Shown piece after piece: positions 25,843 to 37,109 of a stretch of DNA of 58,512 nt. The notes beneath the pieces were generated by a model. It saw only the letters and a program-made list of their open reading frames with translations. It had not been told where the DNA came from and did not search any database. A program made the translations under genes and the position numbers. Source of the DNA: an uncultured Alphaproteobacteria bacterium. Lineage in GTDB: Bacteria > Pseudomonadota > Alphaproteobacteria > HIMB59 > GCA-002718135. Numbering within the stretch: the first letter of the stretch is position 1; every line of letters begins with the position of its first letter. Where the stretch lies: NCBI GenBank assembly GCA_902518985.1, contig CABYIF010000003.1, positions 1-58,512 of the forward strand, in the 5' to 3' direction.

Positions 25843-26439
25843 TTAATCAATAATTTCCATTTTAATAATTTTATCAGGATCAGAAGGTGGCTCTCCTCTT
25901 GAGATTTTATCTACAAAGTCCATTCCCTCTATAACTTGACCCCACACACTATATTGTCCATCTAAAAAAGAACAGTCATTAAAACAAATGAAAAATTGAC
26001 TATTTGCACTGTTTGGATCTTGAGCTCTTGCCATTGATACGGCTCCACGACCGTGATTAACATCTGAAAATTCTGCTTGTATATTTGGTAAAGAAGATCC
26101 ACCTGTGCCAGCTCTAGACATATTAAATGCATCATTTGAAGAATTACCAAACTCCACATCTCCAGTTTGAGCCATAAAACCATCAATTACTCTATGAAAA
26201 ACAACGCCGTCATATTGTCCTTCACTGATTAATTTTTTGATTTGTTCTACATGTTTTGGAGCTACATCAGGTCTTGTTTGTATTTTAACTATTCCGTCTT
26301 TTAACGTAATTTGAATAGTATTACCCTTAACACTTGCTTCTTCTTTATTGCTATCAACCATTATATTCCTCTCAATAAATAATAATCCAAATATTAATAT
26401 AAATAAGGTCAAAAATAAAAATTTATTTGAATTAAACAT
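25843..26439 (-). CDS. Cyclophilin-type peptidyl-prolyl cis-trans isomerase, secreted
   Basis: 198 aa. Has a signal/anchor segment, then FHRVIDGFMAQTGD, SMARA, NSQFFI and the GQYSVWGQV context. Confidence 0.9.
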   Translation of the reverse strand: MFNSNKFLFLTLFILIFGLLFIERNIMVDSNKEEASVKGNTIQITLKDGIVKIQTRPDVAPKHVEQIKKLISEGQYDGVVFHRVIDGFMAQTGDVEFGNSSNDAFNMSRAGTGGSSLPNIQAEFSDVNHGRGAVSMARAQDPNSANSQFFICFNDCSFLDGQYSVWGQVIEGMDFVDKISRGEPPSDPDKIIKMEIID

Positions 26440-26484
26440 ATTTGTTTTCTTTACCTTAGCTAAATTTGTTTTATATATACACTA

Positions 26485-26949
26485 ATGCACATGTTTGAAG
26501 AAAATATCAAGCAATTAGGTATAGAGATTCCTGATATGCCCACTCCCCTTGCAAATTATGTGCCATTTAAACTTTCTGATAATATTGTCTATATTTCTGG
26601 GCAGGGCCCTGTAAAAAACGGTGAATTAGCTTATAAAGGTAAAGTTGGTGATGACATTACATTAGAAGATGGGATTAAAGCAGCTGAACTTTGCTGTATC
26701 AACATTATTGCTGCTCTCAAAAAAAGTATTAATGGTGATTGGAATAGATTAGACAATTTTTTAAAACTTGGAGGCTTTGTAAACTGTAATAATAATTTTT
26801 ACGAACAACCAAAAATAATTAATGGAGCATCAGATTTATTGGTAAGTATATTTGGTGAACAAGGGAGACACGCAAGATTTGCAGTTGGCTCAAATGCCCT
26901 ACCAATGAATATATCAGTTGAGATAGACGCTATAGTAAAAATAAAATAA
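26485..26949 (+). CDS. RidA/YjgF/TdcF-family protein
   Basis: 154 aa. Contains VYISGQGP and the C-terminal VEIDAIV pattern. The start may instead be the Met at 26491. Confidence 0.75.
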   Translation: MHMFEENIKQLGIEIPDMPTPLANYVPFKLSDNIVYISGQGPVKNGELAYKGKVGDDITLEDGIKAAELCCINIIAALKKSINGDWNRLDNFLKLGGFVNCNNNFYEQPKIINGASDLLVSIFGEQGRHARFAVGSNALPMNISVEIDAIVKIK

Positions 26950-26956
26950 TTATTTT

Positions 26957-28093
26957 ATGAGTGAATTTTTTTTTTGCTCTTCTTTAGATTTAATCGATAA
27001 AAATAATTGGAACGATTGTATAGGGAATGATCATCCCTTCCTACAATATGAGTTTTTAAGTGCCTTAGAAAAAAGTGGAAGTGCAACAACTAAAACAGGC
27101 TGGCAACCATACCACTATATTGAAAAAGAAAATGAAGAAATAATTGGAATATGTCCTCTATATATAAAGAGTCATTCATTTGGAGAATATATTTTTGATC
27201 ACTCATGGGCTGATGCTTATCACAGATATGGGTTAAATTATTATCCAAAATTACAATCTGCAATTCCATTTACCCCTGTGACTGGGGAAAGAATTATCAT
27301 AAATAAAAAAATAAAAAATATTAAACAAAAAGAAAATGAAATAATTAGAAATATAATTTCTGAAGCAAAGAAAATAAATGTCTCTTCTTTACATTTTAAT
27401 TTTATAAAAAATACATCTCAATGGAAAAATAATAGAGAAATAATGCTTAGATCTGGGATTCAATATCATTGGAAAAATAATGATTATAATAATTTTGATG
27501 AATTTCTCGAGAGTTTGTCATCAAGAAAAAGAAAAATTATTAAAAGAGAACGTCTTTGTATAAGTGATAATGATTTAAAAGTAAAATTATTAAATGGTGA
27601 CTCAATTAAAGAGGAACACATTCAATTTTTTTATGATTGTTATTTAGATACCACAGGAAGAAAATGGGGCTCTACTTATTTATCTAAAGAATTCTTCTAT
27701 GATTTACTTCTAAATTTTAAAGATAAAATTCTATTAGTAATGGCATTTCATGAAAATAATAAAATAGCCTCAGCGATTAATTTTTTAAGTAAGTCACATT
27801 TATACGGTAGATTATGGGGGGCCAAATATGAAATTCCATTTTTACATTTTGAACTATGTTATTACCAGGCAATTGATTATGCGATTAATAATAATATAAA
27901 AATTGTTGAAGCTGGTGCTCAAGGAGAGCATAAATTACAAAGAGGATATGTGCCAGCAAAGACATGGAGCGCGCACTGGATTAAAGATAAAGAATTTAGT
28001 AATGCAATAGAAAATTTTTTAAATAAGGAAGTACAGTTAATTGATAATGAAAAAGAGAGGCTTGATAACTTATCTCCCTATAAACTAAGCTAA
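26957..28093 (+). CDS. FemAB-like/GNAT-fold acyltransferase (DUF482 family)
   Basis: 378 aa. Contains HPFLQYEFLSALEKSG, GRLWG and AGAQGEHKLQRGY, which are typical of this conserved alphaproteobacterial family. Confidence 0.65.
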   Translation: MSEFFFCSSLDLIDKNNWNDCIGNDHPFLQYEFLSALEKSGSATTKTGWQPYHYIEKENEEIIGICPLYIKSHSFGEYIFDHSWADAYHRYGLNYYPKLQSAIPFTPVTGERIIINKKIKNIKQKENEIIRNIISEAKKINVSSLHFNFIKNTSQWKNNREIMLRSGIQYHWKNNDYNNFDEFLESLSSRKRKIIKRERLCISDNDLKVKLLNGDSIKEEHIQFFYDCYLDTTGRKWGSTYLSKEFFYDLLLNFKDKILLVMAFHENNKIASAINFLSKSHLYGRLWGAKYEIPFLHFELCYYQAIDYAINNNIKIVEAGAQGEHKLQRGYVPAKTWSAHWIKDKEFSNAIENFLNKEVQLIDNEKERLDNLSPYKLS

Positions 28094-30358
28094 CTCTTTT
28101 TTTTCTTCCTGTTTATTAGAAAAATTAAATGAGATTTTTTTATTTTTAAGAGAAATCTCAACATGGCCACCTTTAGATAACTTTCCAAAAATTAATTCTT
28201 CAGCCATAGGTTTTTTTACTTTTTCCTGAATTACTCTTCCTAATTCTCTTGCTCCGTAAACTTCATCATATCCCTCATCAGCAAGATATTCTTTAGCATC
28301 TTTATCTATTGATAAAGAAACACCCTTATCTTCAAGCTGTGCTTCTATCTCGATTATAAATTTATCAACAATTGATAAGACAATTTTTTTCGATAAATGA
28401 TTGAAGTGTATTATTGAGTCAATTCTATTTCTAAATTCAGGAGAGAAAATTCGGTTTATTGCATCGCTACTATCATCACTAGATCTAACTGAATTAAAGC
28501 CAATTCTTTTTTTTGACACATCAATTGCTCCCGCATTTGTAGTCATTATTAATATAACGTTTCTGAAATCAACTGATTTACCATTATGATCTGTTAGTTT
28601 TCCATAATCCATTACTTGTAGAAGTATATTAAAAAGATCAAAATGCGCTTTTTCAATCTCATCTAATAAAAGGACACAATGTGGATTTTGATCAATTCCG
28701 TCTGTAAGTAATCCACCTTGGTCAAAACCAACATAGCCTGGTGGCGCTCCAATTAATCTGCTAACTGTATGACGTTCCATGTACTCAGACATGTCAAATC
28801 TTAACAATTTGATACCTAAGGTTTTACTAAGTTGTCTTGCTACTTCTGTTTTTCCAACTCCTGTTGGACCAGAAAACAAATAAGAGCCTATAGGTTTGCC
28901 ATCTTCTCTCAACCCTGCTCTAGCAAGTTTAATTGAAGAGGCTAATTCCTGAATTGCGCTATCCTGACCAAAAACAAAGTTCTTAAGATCTCGCTCTAAA
29001 TTTTTAAGATTATTTTTATCACTTTGATTAACAGATTTAGTTGGTATTCTTGCCATGAGAGCAACAACAGCTTCAATATCTTTAGACAATATTATTTTTT
29101 TTCTTTTAGACTCAGGAAGTAAATACTGTGAAGCTCCAGCTTCATCAATTACATCAATTGCTTTATCAGGTAATTTCCTATCACCTATATATTTATTTGA
29201 TAATTCAACTGCGCTTATAATTGCTTCAGGTGAATATTTTATTTTATGATGATCTTCATAGTAAGTTTTTAATCCATCAAGTATTTTAATACTTTCATCT
29301 TTTGAAGGCTCTTTAATATCAATTTTTTGAAATCTTCTTACTAATGCTCTATCTTTTTCAAAATAATTTTTAAATTCTTTATAAGTAGTTGATCCAATAC
29401 ATCTTAAACTACCATTACCTAATGATGGTTTTAATAAATTACTGGCATCCATAGAGCCTCCGCTTGTAGCTCCTGCTCCAATTACAGTATGTATTTCATC
29501 AATAAATAAAATCGCTTTGTCTTCTTTTTGTAGATCTTTTAAAACTGCTTTTAATCTTTCTTCAAAATCTCCCCTGTAGCGCGTCCCTGCAAGTAAAGCT
29601 CCCATATCAAGTGAATAAATTGTTGCATCTTTCATTATTTCAGGAACAGCTCTTTCAACTATTCTTTTAGCGAGTCCTTCAGCTATTGCAGTCTTACCAA
29701 CGCCAGGGTCTCCTACAAAAAGAGGATTATTTTTTTGTCTTCTACATAATATCTGAATGGTTCTATCAAGCTCAGTATTTCTTCCTATTAATTTATCAAT
29801 TTTGCCTTTTGTTGATTTTTCATTTAAGTTAACACAAAATTGATCAAGTGCTCTTTTTGAATTATTAGCTTGACCATTTTCATTTAAACCATTGTCAAAA
29901 ATACCATCAGTTTCTAAATTTTCATTTGATTTTGATATTCCATGAGAAATATATTGAACTGCATCAAGTCTAGTCATATTTTGTTGATGAAGGAAATATA
30001 CAGCATGACTTTCTTTTTCAGAAAATAAAGCTACTATCATATTTGCTCCCGTCACATTTTCTCGACCACTTGATTGAACATGAATTGCTGCACGTTGAAG
30101 TACTCTTTGAAAACCGTTTGTTAATTTTGGTTCTCCAGTGAAATTTTCTTTTAAGTTTTCTAAATCTCTTGAAATAAAATTTTCAATGTTAGATTTCAAA
30201 TTATTTGTATCAACAGCACAAGCTTTAAGAACGCTTAAAGCATCCTGATCTTCTAAAAGACATAAAAGAAGATGCTCAAGCGTAACATATTCATGCTTAT
30301 TATGAGTTGCTAATTGATAAGCATCCCTTAATGTTTTTTCTAAGTTAGGAGAAAGCAT
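28085..30358 (-). CDS. clpA: ATP-dependent Clp protease ATP-binding subunit ClpA
   Basis: Two AAA+ modules ([24 protein letters not shown]) and an N-domain beginning [18 protein letters not shown] start at the Met whose ATG overlaps the clpS stop (TAATG) rather than the track's 30379. Confidence 0.93.
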   Translation of the reverse strand: MLSPNLEKTLRDAYQLATHNKHEYVTLEHLLLCLLEDQDALSVLKACAVDTNNLKSNIENFISRDLENLKENFTGEPKLTNGFQRVLQRAAIHVQSSGRENVTGANMIVALFSEKESHAVYFLHQQNMTRLDAVQYISHGISKSNENLETDGIFDNGLNENGQANNSKRALDQFCVNLNEKSTKGKIDKLIGRNTELDRTIQILCRRQKNNPLFVGDPGVGKTAIAEGLAKRIVERAVPEIMKDATIYSLDMGALLAGTRYRGDFEERLKAVLKDLQKEDKAILFIDEIHTVIGAGATSGGSMDASNLLKPSLGNGSLRCIGSTTYKEFKNYFEKDRALVRRFQKIDIKEPSKDESIKILDGLKTYYEDHHKIKYSPEAIISAVELSNKYIGDRKLPDKAIDVIDEAGASQYLLPESKRKKIILSKDIEAVVALMARIPTKSVNQSDKNNLKNLERDLKNFVFGQDSAIQELASSIKLARAGLREDGKPIGSYLFSGPTGVGKTEVARQLSKTLGIKLLRFDMSEYMERHTVSRLIGAPPGYVGFDQGGLLTDGIDQNPHCVLLLDEIEKAHFDLFNILLQVMDYGKLTDHNGKSVDFRNVILIMTTNAGAIDVSKKRIGFNSVRSSDDSSDAINRIFSPEFRNRIDSIIHFNHLSKKIVLSIVDKFIIEIEAQLEDKGVSLSIDKDAKEYLADEGYDEVYGARELGRVIQEKVKKPMAEELIFGKLSKGGHVEISLKNKKISFNFSNKQEEKKELA

Positions 30359-30678
30359 TATGATTTCTCCAAAGTGCACTGAAGCGGATGTTCGTTTTTT
30401 TTCGCTAAATCCATTACAGATTTACATTTTGACTCCGCTACCTCATATGTAAATGTTCCACACACACCAATTCCATTTTTATGAACATGTAGCATTATTT
30501 GATTTGCCTCTTCAGATTTTTTATTAAATACTTTTTCAAGAACCATGACAACAAATTCCATGGGTGTATAATCATCGTTCATTAGCAAAACGTTATACAT
30601 TGATGGTTTTTTGGTTTTAGGCTTAGACTCTAATAAAAGACCTCTTTGATTGTCATTATTATCTTGGTTAGAATTCAT
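30358..30678 (-). CDS. clpS: Clp protease adaptor ClpS
   Basis: 106 aa with [24 protein letters not shown]. Immediately upstream of clpA. Confidence 0.9.
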   Translation of the reverse strand: MNSNQDNNDNQRGLLLESKPKTKKPSMYNVLLMNDDYTPMEFVVMVLEKVFNKKSEEANQIMLHVHKNGIGVCGTFTYEVAESKCKSVMDLAKKNEHPLQCTLEKS

Positions 30679-30762
30679 ATTAATTAAATAATATCTTTTT
30701 TTATATTTTAAAGGATTTTTTATGTTTGTAAGGAGCGAATTTGATATGTTATTGGAATAATA

Positions 30763-31872
30763 GTGAAAAAACTTCTCTTAAATAAGATATTATTAATTTT
30801 TTTAATTGTTACAACATTCTCAATTGATTTATATGCTAAAAAAGCAGCAATAGTTGTAGATTTTGAAACTAATGAAGTCTTGTTTGAAAAAAATGCAGAC
30901 ACTAAAAATTATCCGGCATCACTTACTAAAATTATGACGCTATACATTGTTTTTGATTTTATCAAAAAAGGCAAATTAAATTATGATGATAAAATGATGG
31001 TTTCATCAACAGCTGCATCAAGGTCACCTAGTAAATTATACTTGGAGCAAGGTAGCACTATTAAAGTTAGAGATGCTATTAATGCCCTTATAATTAAATC
31101 TGCTAATGATGTTGCAACAGTTGTCTCTGAGAAAATAAGTGGTTCAGAAAGAGAATTTGCTAAGTTAATGACAAAATATGCAAGAGAACTTGGAATGAGC
31201 GATACAACTTTTAAAAATGCATCTGGACTACCAAATAGAGCTCAATTAACCACTGCAAGAGATATCTATAAACTATCATATGCTTTGATTAAAAACTTTC
31301 CTGAAGAATATAAATTATTTAGTCAAACATCATTTGAATGGAAAGGAAAAACTTACAAAACTCACAATAAGTTAATGTTAAAATATAATGGAGCTGATGG
31401 GATTAAAACTGGGTACATTAAAGCTTCAGGTTTTCAACTAGCATTTTCAGCAACAAGAAAAAATAAAAGGGTAATAGGAATTTATTTTGGAGGAGATACA
31501 GGAAAACAAAGAAATGATCGTCTTAAATTCTATATGAATAGTGCTTTTAAAAAATTAAATGTGGAAAATTTAGAAGTTAAAAAAGTAGAAAATAAAAATA
31601 AAAAAACAAAAATACAAATTGCAAATAATGTAAATAAATATTCAATTGTAGTAGGTACATTCAAATATAGAAAAAATGCTGAAAAACAAATTAAATTAAT
31701 TAAAAATAAATATCCACTAACTACTGATAGCAAAAAATCAGAAGTTGTATTTATAGAAGTTTCAGGAAAACAACTTTATGAATCAAGATTTACCAATTTT
31801 AATAAGAAAGATGCTTATCAAGCATGCAGAAGATTGGCCAAATATGGTAGAGATTGCTTTGTTAGATTTTAA
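30763..31872 (+). CDS. Serine-type D-Ala-D-Ala carboxypeptidase (PBP5/6 class) with a C-terminal SPOR-like domain
   Basis: 369 aa. Has a signal peptide, SLTKIMT (SxxK), SANDVA (SxN) and KTGY (KTG). After a K/N-rich linker, [22 protein letters not shown]...CFVRF resembles a SPOR repeat. GTG start. Confidence 0.8.
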   Translation: MKKLLLNKILLIFLIVTTFSIDLYAKKAAIVVDFETNEVLFEKNADTKNYPASLTKIMTLYIVFDFIKKGKLNYDDKMMVSSTAASRSPSKLYLEQGSTIKVRDAINALIIKSANDVATVVSEKISGSEREFAKLMTKYARELGMSDTTFKNASGLPNRAQLTTARDIYKLSYALIKNFPEEYKLFSQTSFEWKGKTYKTHNKLMLKYNGADGIKTGYIKASGFQLAFSATRKNKRVIGIYFGGDTGKQRNDRLKFYMNSAFKKLNVENLEVKKVENKNKKTKIQIANNVNKYSIVVGTFKYRKNAEKQIKLIKNKYPLTTDSKKSEVVFIEVSGKQLYESRFTNFNKKDAYQACRRLAKYGRDCFVRF

Positions 31873-33277
31873 ACTTAAAATCTATATCACTTAATTGAAG
31901 TTGATCCTCAACTACACTAATTAGTTTTTTTAAACCATCTTCAGAAGTTGACTCAATTCTGCATGTAAGTTGATTTTGAGTATTACTTGCACGCATTAAA
32001 AACCAACCCTGTTCAGTCTCGACTCTAATTCCATCTATATCAATAATTTTACCTTTAAATTTTTTAAGCCTATCTTTTATTTCAGAAATAATTTTAAACT
32101 TTTTTGTTTCATCAACATCAAATCGAGTTTCCGGTGTAGAAAAAGTTTTTGGATATTTATCAATTATTTTATTTAGATTAAGTCTTTCATTACTTAGAAT
32201 TCTTAAAAGTCTTAAACCAACATACATCGCATCATCATAGCCATAAAAATCATCACCATAACATACATGTCCACTCATTTCTCCAGACAAAGGTGATTTA
32301 AGCTCCTTCATTTTTTCTTTAATTGGTGAATGTCCAGTTCTCTCCATTAATGGTTCACAACCTAATTTTTTGGCCTCATTAAAAAAAACTTTACTACATT
32401 TTACATCCATAATAACTTTAGGATTTTTATACAATTTAGATATTTCTAAACACAAGACTAGCATGTATTGATCAGCCCAAATTATTTCACCAGTATTATC
32501 AACAACCCCAAGTCTATCTCCATCACCATCAAATGCTAAGCCAATATCACACTTATTTTCTCGTACTGACTTAATAAGTTGTTTCATATTTTTTGGTACA
32601 GTTGGATCTGGATGATGGCTAGGAAAATTACCGTCTACCTCCTGATTTAATAAAATATTTTCTGTGTTTTCCAGTTTTGAAACCAACTTATTAATTATTA
32701 CACCCATCGCACCATTACCTATGTCCCAACTAATTTTTAATTTTTTTTGAATATTAATATTTTTAAGAACTCTATCAACATAAGCATCAATGATATTAAT
32801 TTTTTCAATTGAACCAATTTTTTTTTTTAAATTGTTGTTTTTTACTATTGTTTGAAAATTTTGAATATTTTTACTGAAAAAACTATGCTTGTTAACAACC
32901 ATTTTAAAACCATTATATTCCGGTGGATTATGAGATCCAGTTATCATCAATGCAGCATCTGTATTAAGATGATAATCGGCAAAATATAGCATTGGTGTCG
33001 GACAAATACCTATACTTTTGACATTAGCGCCTGAGTCTTTTAAACCTTCGCTTAATGCTCTATACAATCTTGGTGAAGTCAATCTGCCATCGTAACCAAG
33101 AGAAATATTATTTGACCCTAATTTTTCATTAACAATATAACCAAATACTCTTCCTATTGTATAAGCAGTATTTTCTGTAATGTTTTTATCTACAACACCT
33201 CTAATATCGTATTCTCTTAAAACTTCAGGATCGAATTGTTCAATTTTATAACTATTTTCCTGTACCATAATACTCAA
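31862..33277 (-). CDS. Phosphomannomutase/phosphoglucomutase
   Basis: 471 aa. Contains the active-site TGSHNP, the metal loop FDGDGDR and GEMSGH. Confidence 0.9.
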   Translation of the reverse strand: MSIMVQENSYKIEQFDPEVLREYDIRGVVDKNITENTAYTIGRVFGYIVNEKLGSNNISLGYDGRLTSPRLYRALSEGLKDSGANVKSIGICPTPMLYFADYHLNTDAALMITGSHNPPEYNGFKMVVNKHSFFSKNIQNFQTIVKNNNLKKKIGSIEKINIIDAYVDRVLKNINIQKKLKISWDIGNGAMGVIINKLVSKLENTENILLNQEVDGNFPSHHPDPTVPKNMKQLIKSVRENKCDIGLAFDGDGDRLGVVDNTGEIIWADQYMLVLCLEISKLYKNPKVIMDVKCSKVFFNEAKKLGCEPLMERTGHSPIKEKMKELKSPLSGEMSGHVCYGDDFYGYDDAMYVGLRLLRILSNERLNLNKIIDKYPKTFSTPETRFDVDETKKFKIISEIKDRLKKFKGKIIDIDGIRVETEQGWFLMRASNTQNQLTCRIESTSEDGLKKLISVVEDQLQLSDIDFKFKI

Positions 33278-34547
33278 ATCCCAATCTTTCTAATTCTGAA
33301 CCATCATAAATATTTCTTAAATCAAAAATTTTTTTCATTTTTACTATTTTACTTATTTCATAAAAGTTGAGAGCCCTAAATTCATTCCATTCTGTGCCAA
33401 TAACAATAGCATCTGCATTATTACAGGCTTCATATGCTGAATTGTAGTAATTAAAATTATCAAATTTGATTTTTGCATTTTTCATAGCCGCGGGATCAAA
33501 ACAATTAATTTTATATCCTTTTTGAGATAAATAATTTGCTAGTTTTATAGAGGAAGACTCCCTAATATCATCAGTATTAGGCTTAAAACTTAATCCTAAA
33601 AAAGATAGTACTGATTTATTATCAACGAAATTAATTATTTTGTTAGCTACTTTCTCAATTCTATTTTGATTTGATTTATGAACAGCATTTATAATTGATA
33701 AATCCACATCAAATTTTTTAGCAGTAGAAAAAAAAGCTTTTACATCTTTTGGGAAACAGGAACCGCCGTATCCAGGGCCAGCATTTAAAAACTTAGATCC
33801 AATTCTTTGATCAATTCCCATTGCTTTTGAAACATCTTGGACATTAGCTCCAACAGCTTCACATAAATCTGCAACTTCATTAATAAAACCTATTTTTGTT
33901 GCTAAAAAACTATTGGATGCATATTTTATAATCTCTGCAGTTTCAACAGATGTAGAAAATACAGGTGTCTCTTTGAGGTACAATGGTCTGTAGAGCTCTT
34001 TCATAATTTTTTCAGACTTTTTATTTTCTGTACCTACTACTACTCTATCAGGTCTCATAAAATCATCTATTGCAGAGCCCTCTCTTAGAAATTCAGGATT
34101 AGACACAACATCAAAAAGATCATCTGAAACTAAATTGCCAATAATTTTTTTTATTTCTTTTGATGTACCAACTGGAACAGTTGATTTTGTAACTATTACA
34201 GAATATTTTTTGATATTTTTTCCTATTTCATTTGCAACAGACCAAACATATTTTAAATCTGCTTCATCATCTAATCTTTTACTTGGAGTGCCTACAGTAA
34301 TAAAAATTAAATCTGCATCACTAATAGCATCACTTAAAGATGTTGAAAAAGACAAAAGCTTAGTATCTTTAAGATGTTTTGATAATAAGTTATCCATCCC
34401 TGGTTCATAAAAGGGACATTTTCCAGATTTTAGATTTTCTATTCTCGAAACATCTTTATCAATACAAACAGCTTGATATCCAAACTCGGCAAAACAAGCT
34501 CCTGAGACTAAACCTACATAACCAGTACCTACTAATGCTAATTTCAT
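33252..34547 (-). CDS. ugd: UDP-glucose 6-dehydrogenase
   Basis: 431 aa. Contains the N-terminal GTGYVGLV Rossmann motif, the catalytic Cys in GGSCFPKD, and the C-terminal UDP-binding domain. Confidence 0.9.
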   Translation of the reverse strand: MKLALVGTGYVGLVSGACFAEFGYQAVCIDKDVSRIENLKSGKCPFYEPGMDNLLSKHLKDTKLLSFSTSLSDAISDADLIFITVGTPSKRLDDEADLKYVWSVANEIGKNIKKYSVIVTKSTVPVGTSKEIKKIIGNLVSDDLFDVVSNPEFLREGSAIDDFMRPDRVVVGTENKKSEKIMKELYRPLYLKETPVFSTSVETAEIIKYASNSFLATKIGFINEVADLCEAVGANVQDVSKAMGIDQRIGSKFLNAGPGYGGSCFPKDVKAFFSTAKKFDVDLSIINAVHKSNQNRIEKVANKIINFVDNKSVLSFLGLSFKPNTDDIRESSSIKLANYLSQKGYKINCFDPAAMKNAKIKFDNFNYYNSAYEACNNADAIVIGTEWNEFRALNFYEISKIVKMKKIFDLRNIYDGSELERLGFEYYGTGK

Positions 34548-34617
34548 TGTGATCCTATAACCTTCATTAGAAAGGTATTAAATGACAATTATTAAAAAAA
34601 AATAAAAATTTACTTAA

Positions 34618-35634
34618 TTAGCAGGAATGCACGGAACCTCTCTCTATAACTTCTACCTTTGCTAAATAATTTTGAATTTTATTAGTATTTTTGTTCCTAT
34701 TCAAAAGAATATCAATAGCTCTCTTCCCAAGTTCTTTTACGGGAAATGATACAGCTGTTATTGGAGGAGTACTCAAATCTCTAACCAATGGGCCATCAAA
34801 AGTTATGATTGATATATCTTTTCCTATTTTTAAGTTTAGATAATTACAAGCTTTTATAGCACTTAATGCTGAAAATTCAGTAGAACAAATTATTGATGAT
34901 ATTTTTTTATTTTTTTGAAGCATTTGTTTTATAATTTCAAAACTTTTTTCCGGCTCTTCTAATTTAACAGAAGAATAATAATTTTTATTAAATTTTATTT
35001 TATTTTTTTTTAAAACTTTTAAAAAAGAACTTTTGCGCTCTCTAGCAAAATTATATTTCTCAGAAATATTTATATAAGATATATGTTTATGATTCTTTTT
35101 AATTAAATAATTGACAATCACTTCAATAGCTCCTGCATTATCTAAATCTACCCAAGAAAATTTATCATTAGATTTAGTCTTACCCCAAGCTACATAATTA
35201 ACTTTATGTTTATTTAAAAGATCAATACGTTTATCTTTTGTTTTAATATTTTGAAGAACGATATTTTCTATTTTTTGTTCTAAAATCAATTTTTTGTATG
35301 ATTCAATTTCTTCTTTTTCACTTTTGGCTAATAAAATTTGTAATTGTATGCTTTCTGATAATAGCTCATCGGACATGCCTGAAATAAATTGAAAAAAATT
35401 CGCTTGATTTAATGTACTTGTATTTAAACCATATATTGGAAGAACATATCCAACAGTTTTAGTTCTTCCAGATGCTAAAATACTTGCATATGGATTAGGA
35501 CTATATTGATATTTATTAGCAAATTTTTTGACTCTTTCTCTTGTTTTATTACTAACATCAGAATAACCACCAAGTGCTCTTGACACTGTAGTTATCGATA
35601 GGCCTAATTTTTTAGCTAATTGTTTAATATTCAT
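34618..35634 (-). CDS. LacI-family transcriptional regulator
   Basis: 338 aa. Has the N-terminal HTH NIKQLAKKLGLSITTVSRALGG and a periplasmic-binding-protein-like effector domain. Divergent from the sugar ABC operon. Confidence 0.9.
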   Translation of the reverse strand: MNIKQLAKKLGLSITTVSRALGGYSDVSNKTRERVKKFANKYQYSPNPYASILASGRTKTVGYVLPIYGLNTSTLNQANFFQFISGMSDELLSESIQLQILLAKSEKEEIESYKKLILEQKIENIVLQNIKTKDKRIDLLNKHKVNYVAWGKTKSNDKFSWVDLDNAGAIEVIVNYLIKKNHKHISYINISEKYNFARERKSSFLKVLKKNKIKFNKNYYSSVKLEEPEKSFEIIKQMLQKNKKISSIICSTEFSALSAIKACNYLNLKIGKDISIITFDGPLVRDLSTPPITAVSFPVKELGKRAIDILLNRNKNTNKIQNYLAKVEVIERGSVHSC

Positions 35635-35684
35635 AGATTTTATGCATAACTTATTAACTATAAATTACAAAGAAAAATTGACAA

Positions 35685-35698
35685 CCAAAACGTTTTGG
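35685..35698. promoter_or_regulatory. LacI-type operator (perfect 14-bp palindrome) embedded in the promoter of the first sugar ABC operon
   Basis: CCAAAACGTTTTGG sits 1 nt after a TTGACA -35 hexamer (35678-35683). TAAAAT follows at 35699-35704. The central CG is typical of LacI-family sites. Confidence 0.6.
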
Positions 35699-35736
35699 TA
35701 AAATATATCATTCATATTTATAAATATGGAGGAGCA

Positions 35737-37044
35737 ATGAAAAATTTATTTAAATTAATATTAGCTGCTTTCTCTTCATTTTTTATTAGCTTTTCTGCTT
35801 TTGCAGGAGGACATTATACTGGTCCAGATCTTAGTGGTCAAAAAGTTGTAATGTTCGGCCCATGGTTATCACCTGAGCAAGAAATTATGAGAGAAGTTGG
35901 AGCTATTTTTGAAAAAGCTACTGGAGCTACATTTGAGTATGGAGGTTCAGATAGTTTTGAGCAACAAGTAATGATAGATCTAAAAGCAGGCAGTGCTGCA
36001 GACTTAGTTGTATTTCCACAGCCTGGATTAGCTGCAAATGCAGCTGCTATGGGTGGTCTTGTGCCCCTTGGTGATGATATCAAACAAATGGTATTAGATA
36101 ACTATGCAGCTGGTCAATCTTGGATTGATTTATCTACTTATGCAGATGAAAACGGAAAAGATCAGTTTAATGCTATTTTCTTTAGAACAAATGTTAAAAG
36201 TTTAGTTTGGTATTCTCCAGATAACTTTGAAGATAATGGATATGAAATTCCAAACACTATGGAAGAATTAATTGCCTTAACTAGGCAAATGGCATCTGAT
36301 GGTAATACACCTTGGTGTATTGGCCTTGGTTCTGGTGCAGCTACAGGTTGGCCAGCAACGGACTGGATGGAAGATATTATGCTAAGAACTCATACTCCAG
36401 ACGTGTATGACATGTGGGTGTCAAACGAAATGCCATTTAATGATCCAAGGGTAATAGAAGCTATGAATTTCTTTGGCACATTTGCATTGAATGACAAATT
36501 TGTAAATGGAGGTTCAAAAGCAGTGGCAACTACTGACTTTAGAGACGCACCTAATGGGTTATTTACATCTCCAGCTGAATGTATGATGCATAGACAAGCA
36601 AGTTTTATACCAGCTTTCTTTCCTGAAGGTGTTGAAGCCGGTGTAGATTATGACTTCTTTTATTTCCCTGCTTATGCAACAAAAGATCTTGGAACTCCAG
36701 TTCTTGGAGCTGGAACTTTAGTAGCTGCCACTAATGATAATGCAGCAACTATTGAATTCATTAAGTTTTTAATGCATCCAGAGGCTCATGAGTATTGGAT
36801 GGCAAAAGGTGGTTTCTTAACTCCTCATAAAGGAGTCGATGGAAGTAAATACGCTAGTGATACTTTTAGAAAATTAGGAGAGATCTTAACTGGGGCAACA
36901 ACATTTAGGTTTGATGCTTCAGATTTGATGCCAGGTGCAATTGGTGCAGGTACTTTCTGGACAGGTATGGTTGACTATACTAATGGAAAATCCGCTCAAG
37001 ATGTAGCTGACGCGATCCAAGATAGCTGGGACGCAATTAAATAA
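35737..37044 (+). CDS. ABC transporter substrate-binding protein, family 1 (CUT1 sugar type)
   Basis: Start moved to the Met preceded by GGAGG (35728-35732). MKNLFKLILAAFSSFFISFSAFA looks like a signal peptide. The mature domain is about 410 aa and visibly richer in G+C and Ala/Gly than its neighbours. Confidence 0.85.
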   Translation: MKNLFKLILAAFSSFFISFSAFAGGHYTGPDLSGQKVVMFGPWLSPEQEIMREVGAIFEKATGATFEYGGSDSFEQQVMIDLKAGSAADLVVFPQPGLAANAAAMGGLVPLGDDIKQMVLDNYAAGQSWIDLSTYADENGKDQFNAIFFRTNVKSLVWYSPDNFEDNGYEIPNTMEELIALTRQMASDGNTPWCIGLGSGAATGWPATDWMEDIMLRTHTPDVYDMWVSNEMPFNDPRVIEAMNFFGTFALNDKFVNGGSKAVATTDFRDAPNGLFTSPAECMMHRQASFIPAFFPEGVEAGVDYDFFYFPAYATKDLGTPVLGAGTLVAATNDNAATIEFIKFLMHPEAHEYWMAKGGFLTPHKGVDGSKYASDTFRKLGEILTGATTFRFDASDLMPGAIGAGTFWTGMVDYTNGKSAQDVADAIQDSWDAIK

Positions 37045-37056
37045 TATTCCTCTAAT

Positions 37057-37093
37057 AACAGGCGGACAATTAACTTGTTCGCCTGTTTTTTTT
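37057..37093 (+). terminator. Strong intra-operon hairpin/attenuating terminator after the binding-protein gene
   Basis: AACAGGCGGACAA-TTAAC-TTGTTCGCCTGTT forms a 13-bp stem with one G-U pair, followed by a T8 run. Confidence 0.7.
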
Positions 37094-37109
37094 ATATATT
37101 TAATCAATA

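Noticed and set aside
35695-35736. Upstream-extended starts given by the ORF track: 35695 (binding protein), 45941 (ThuA-like), 47859 (TTG, MalK-type), 30379 (clpA) and possibly 26485 (RidA).
   Set aside because: The extensions lack Shine-Dalgarno support or overlap operators or the preceding gene. Internal starts have GGAGG/AAGGAGG at proper spacing (35737, 47886), give canonical N-termini (45986), or give stop-start coupling (30358).
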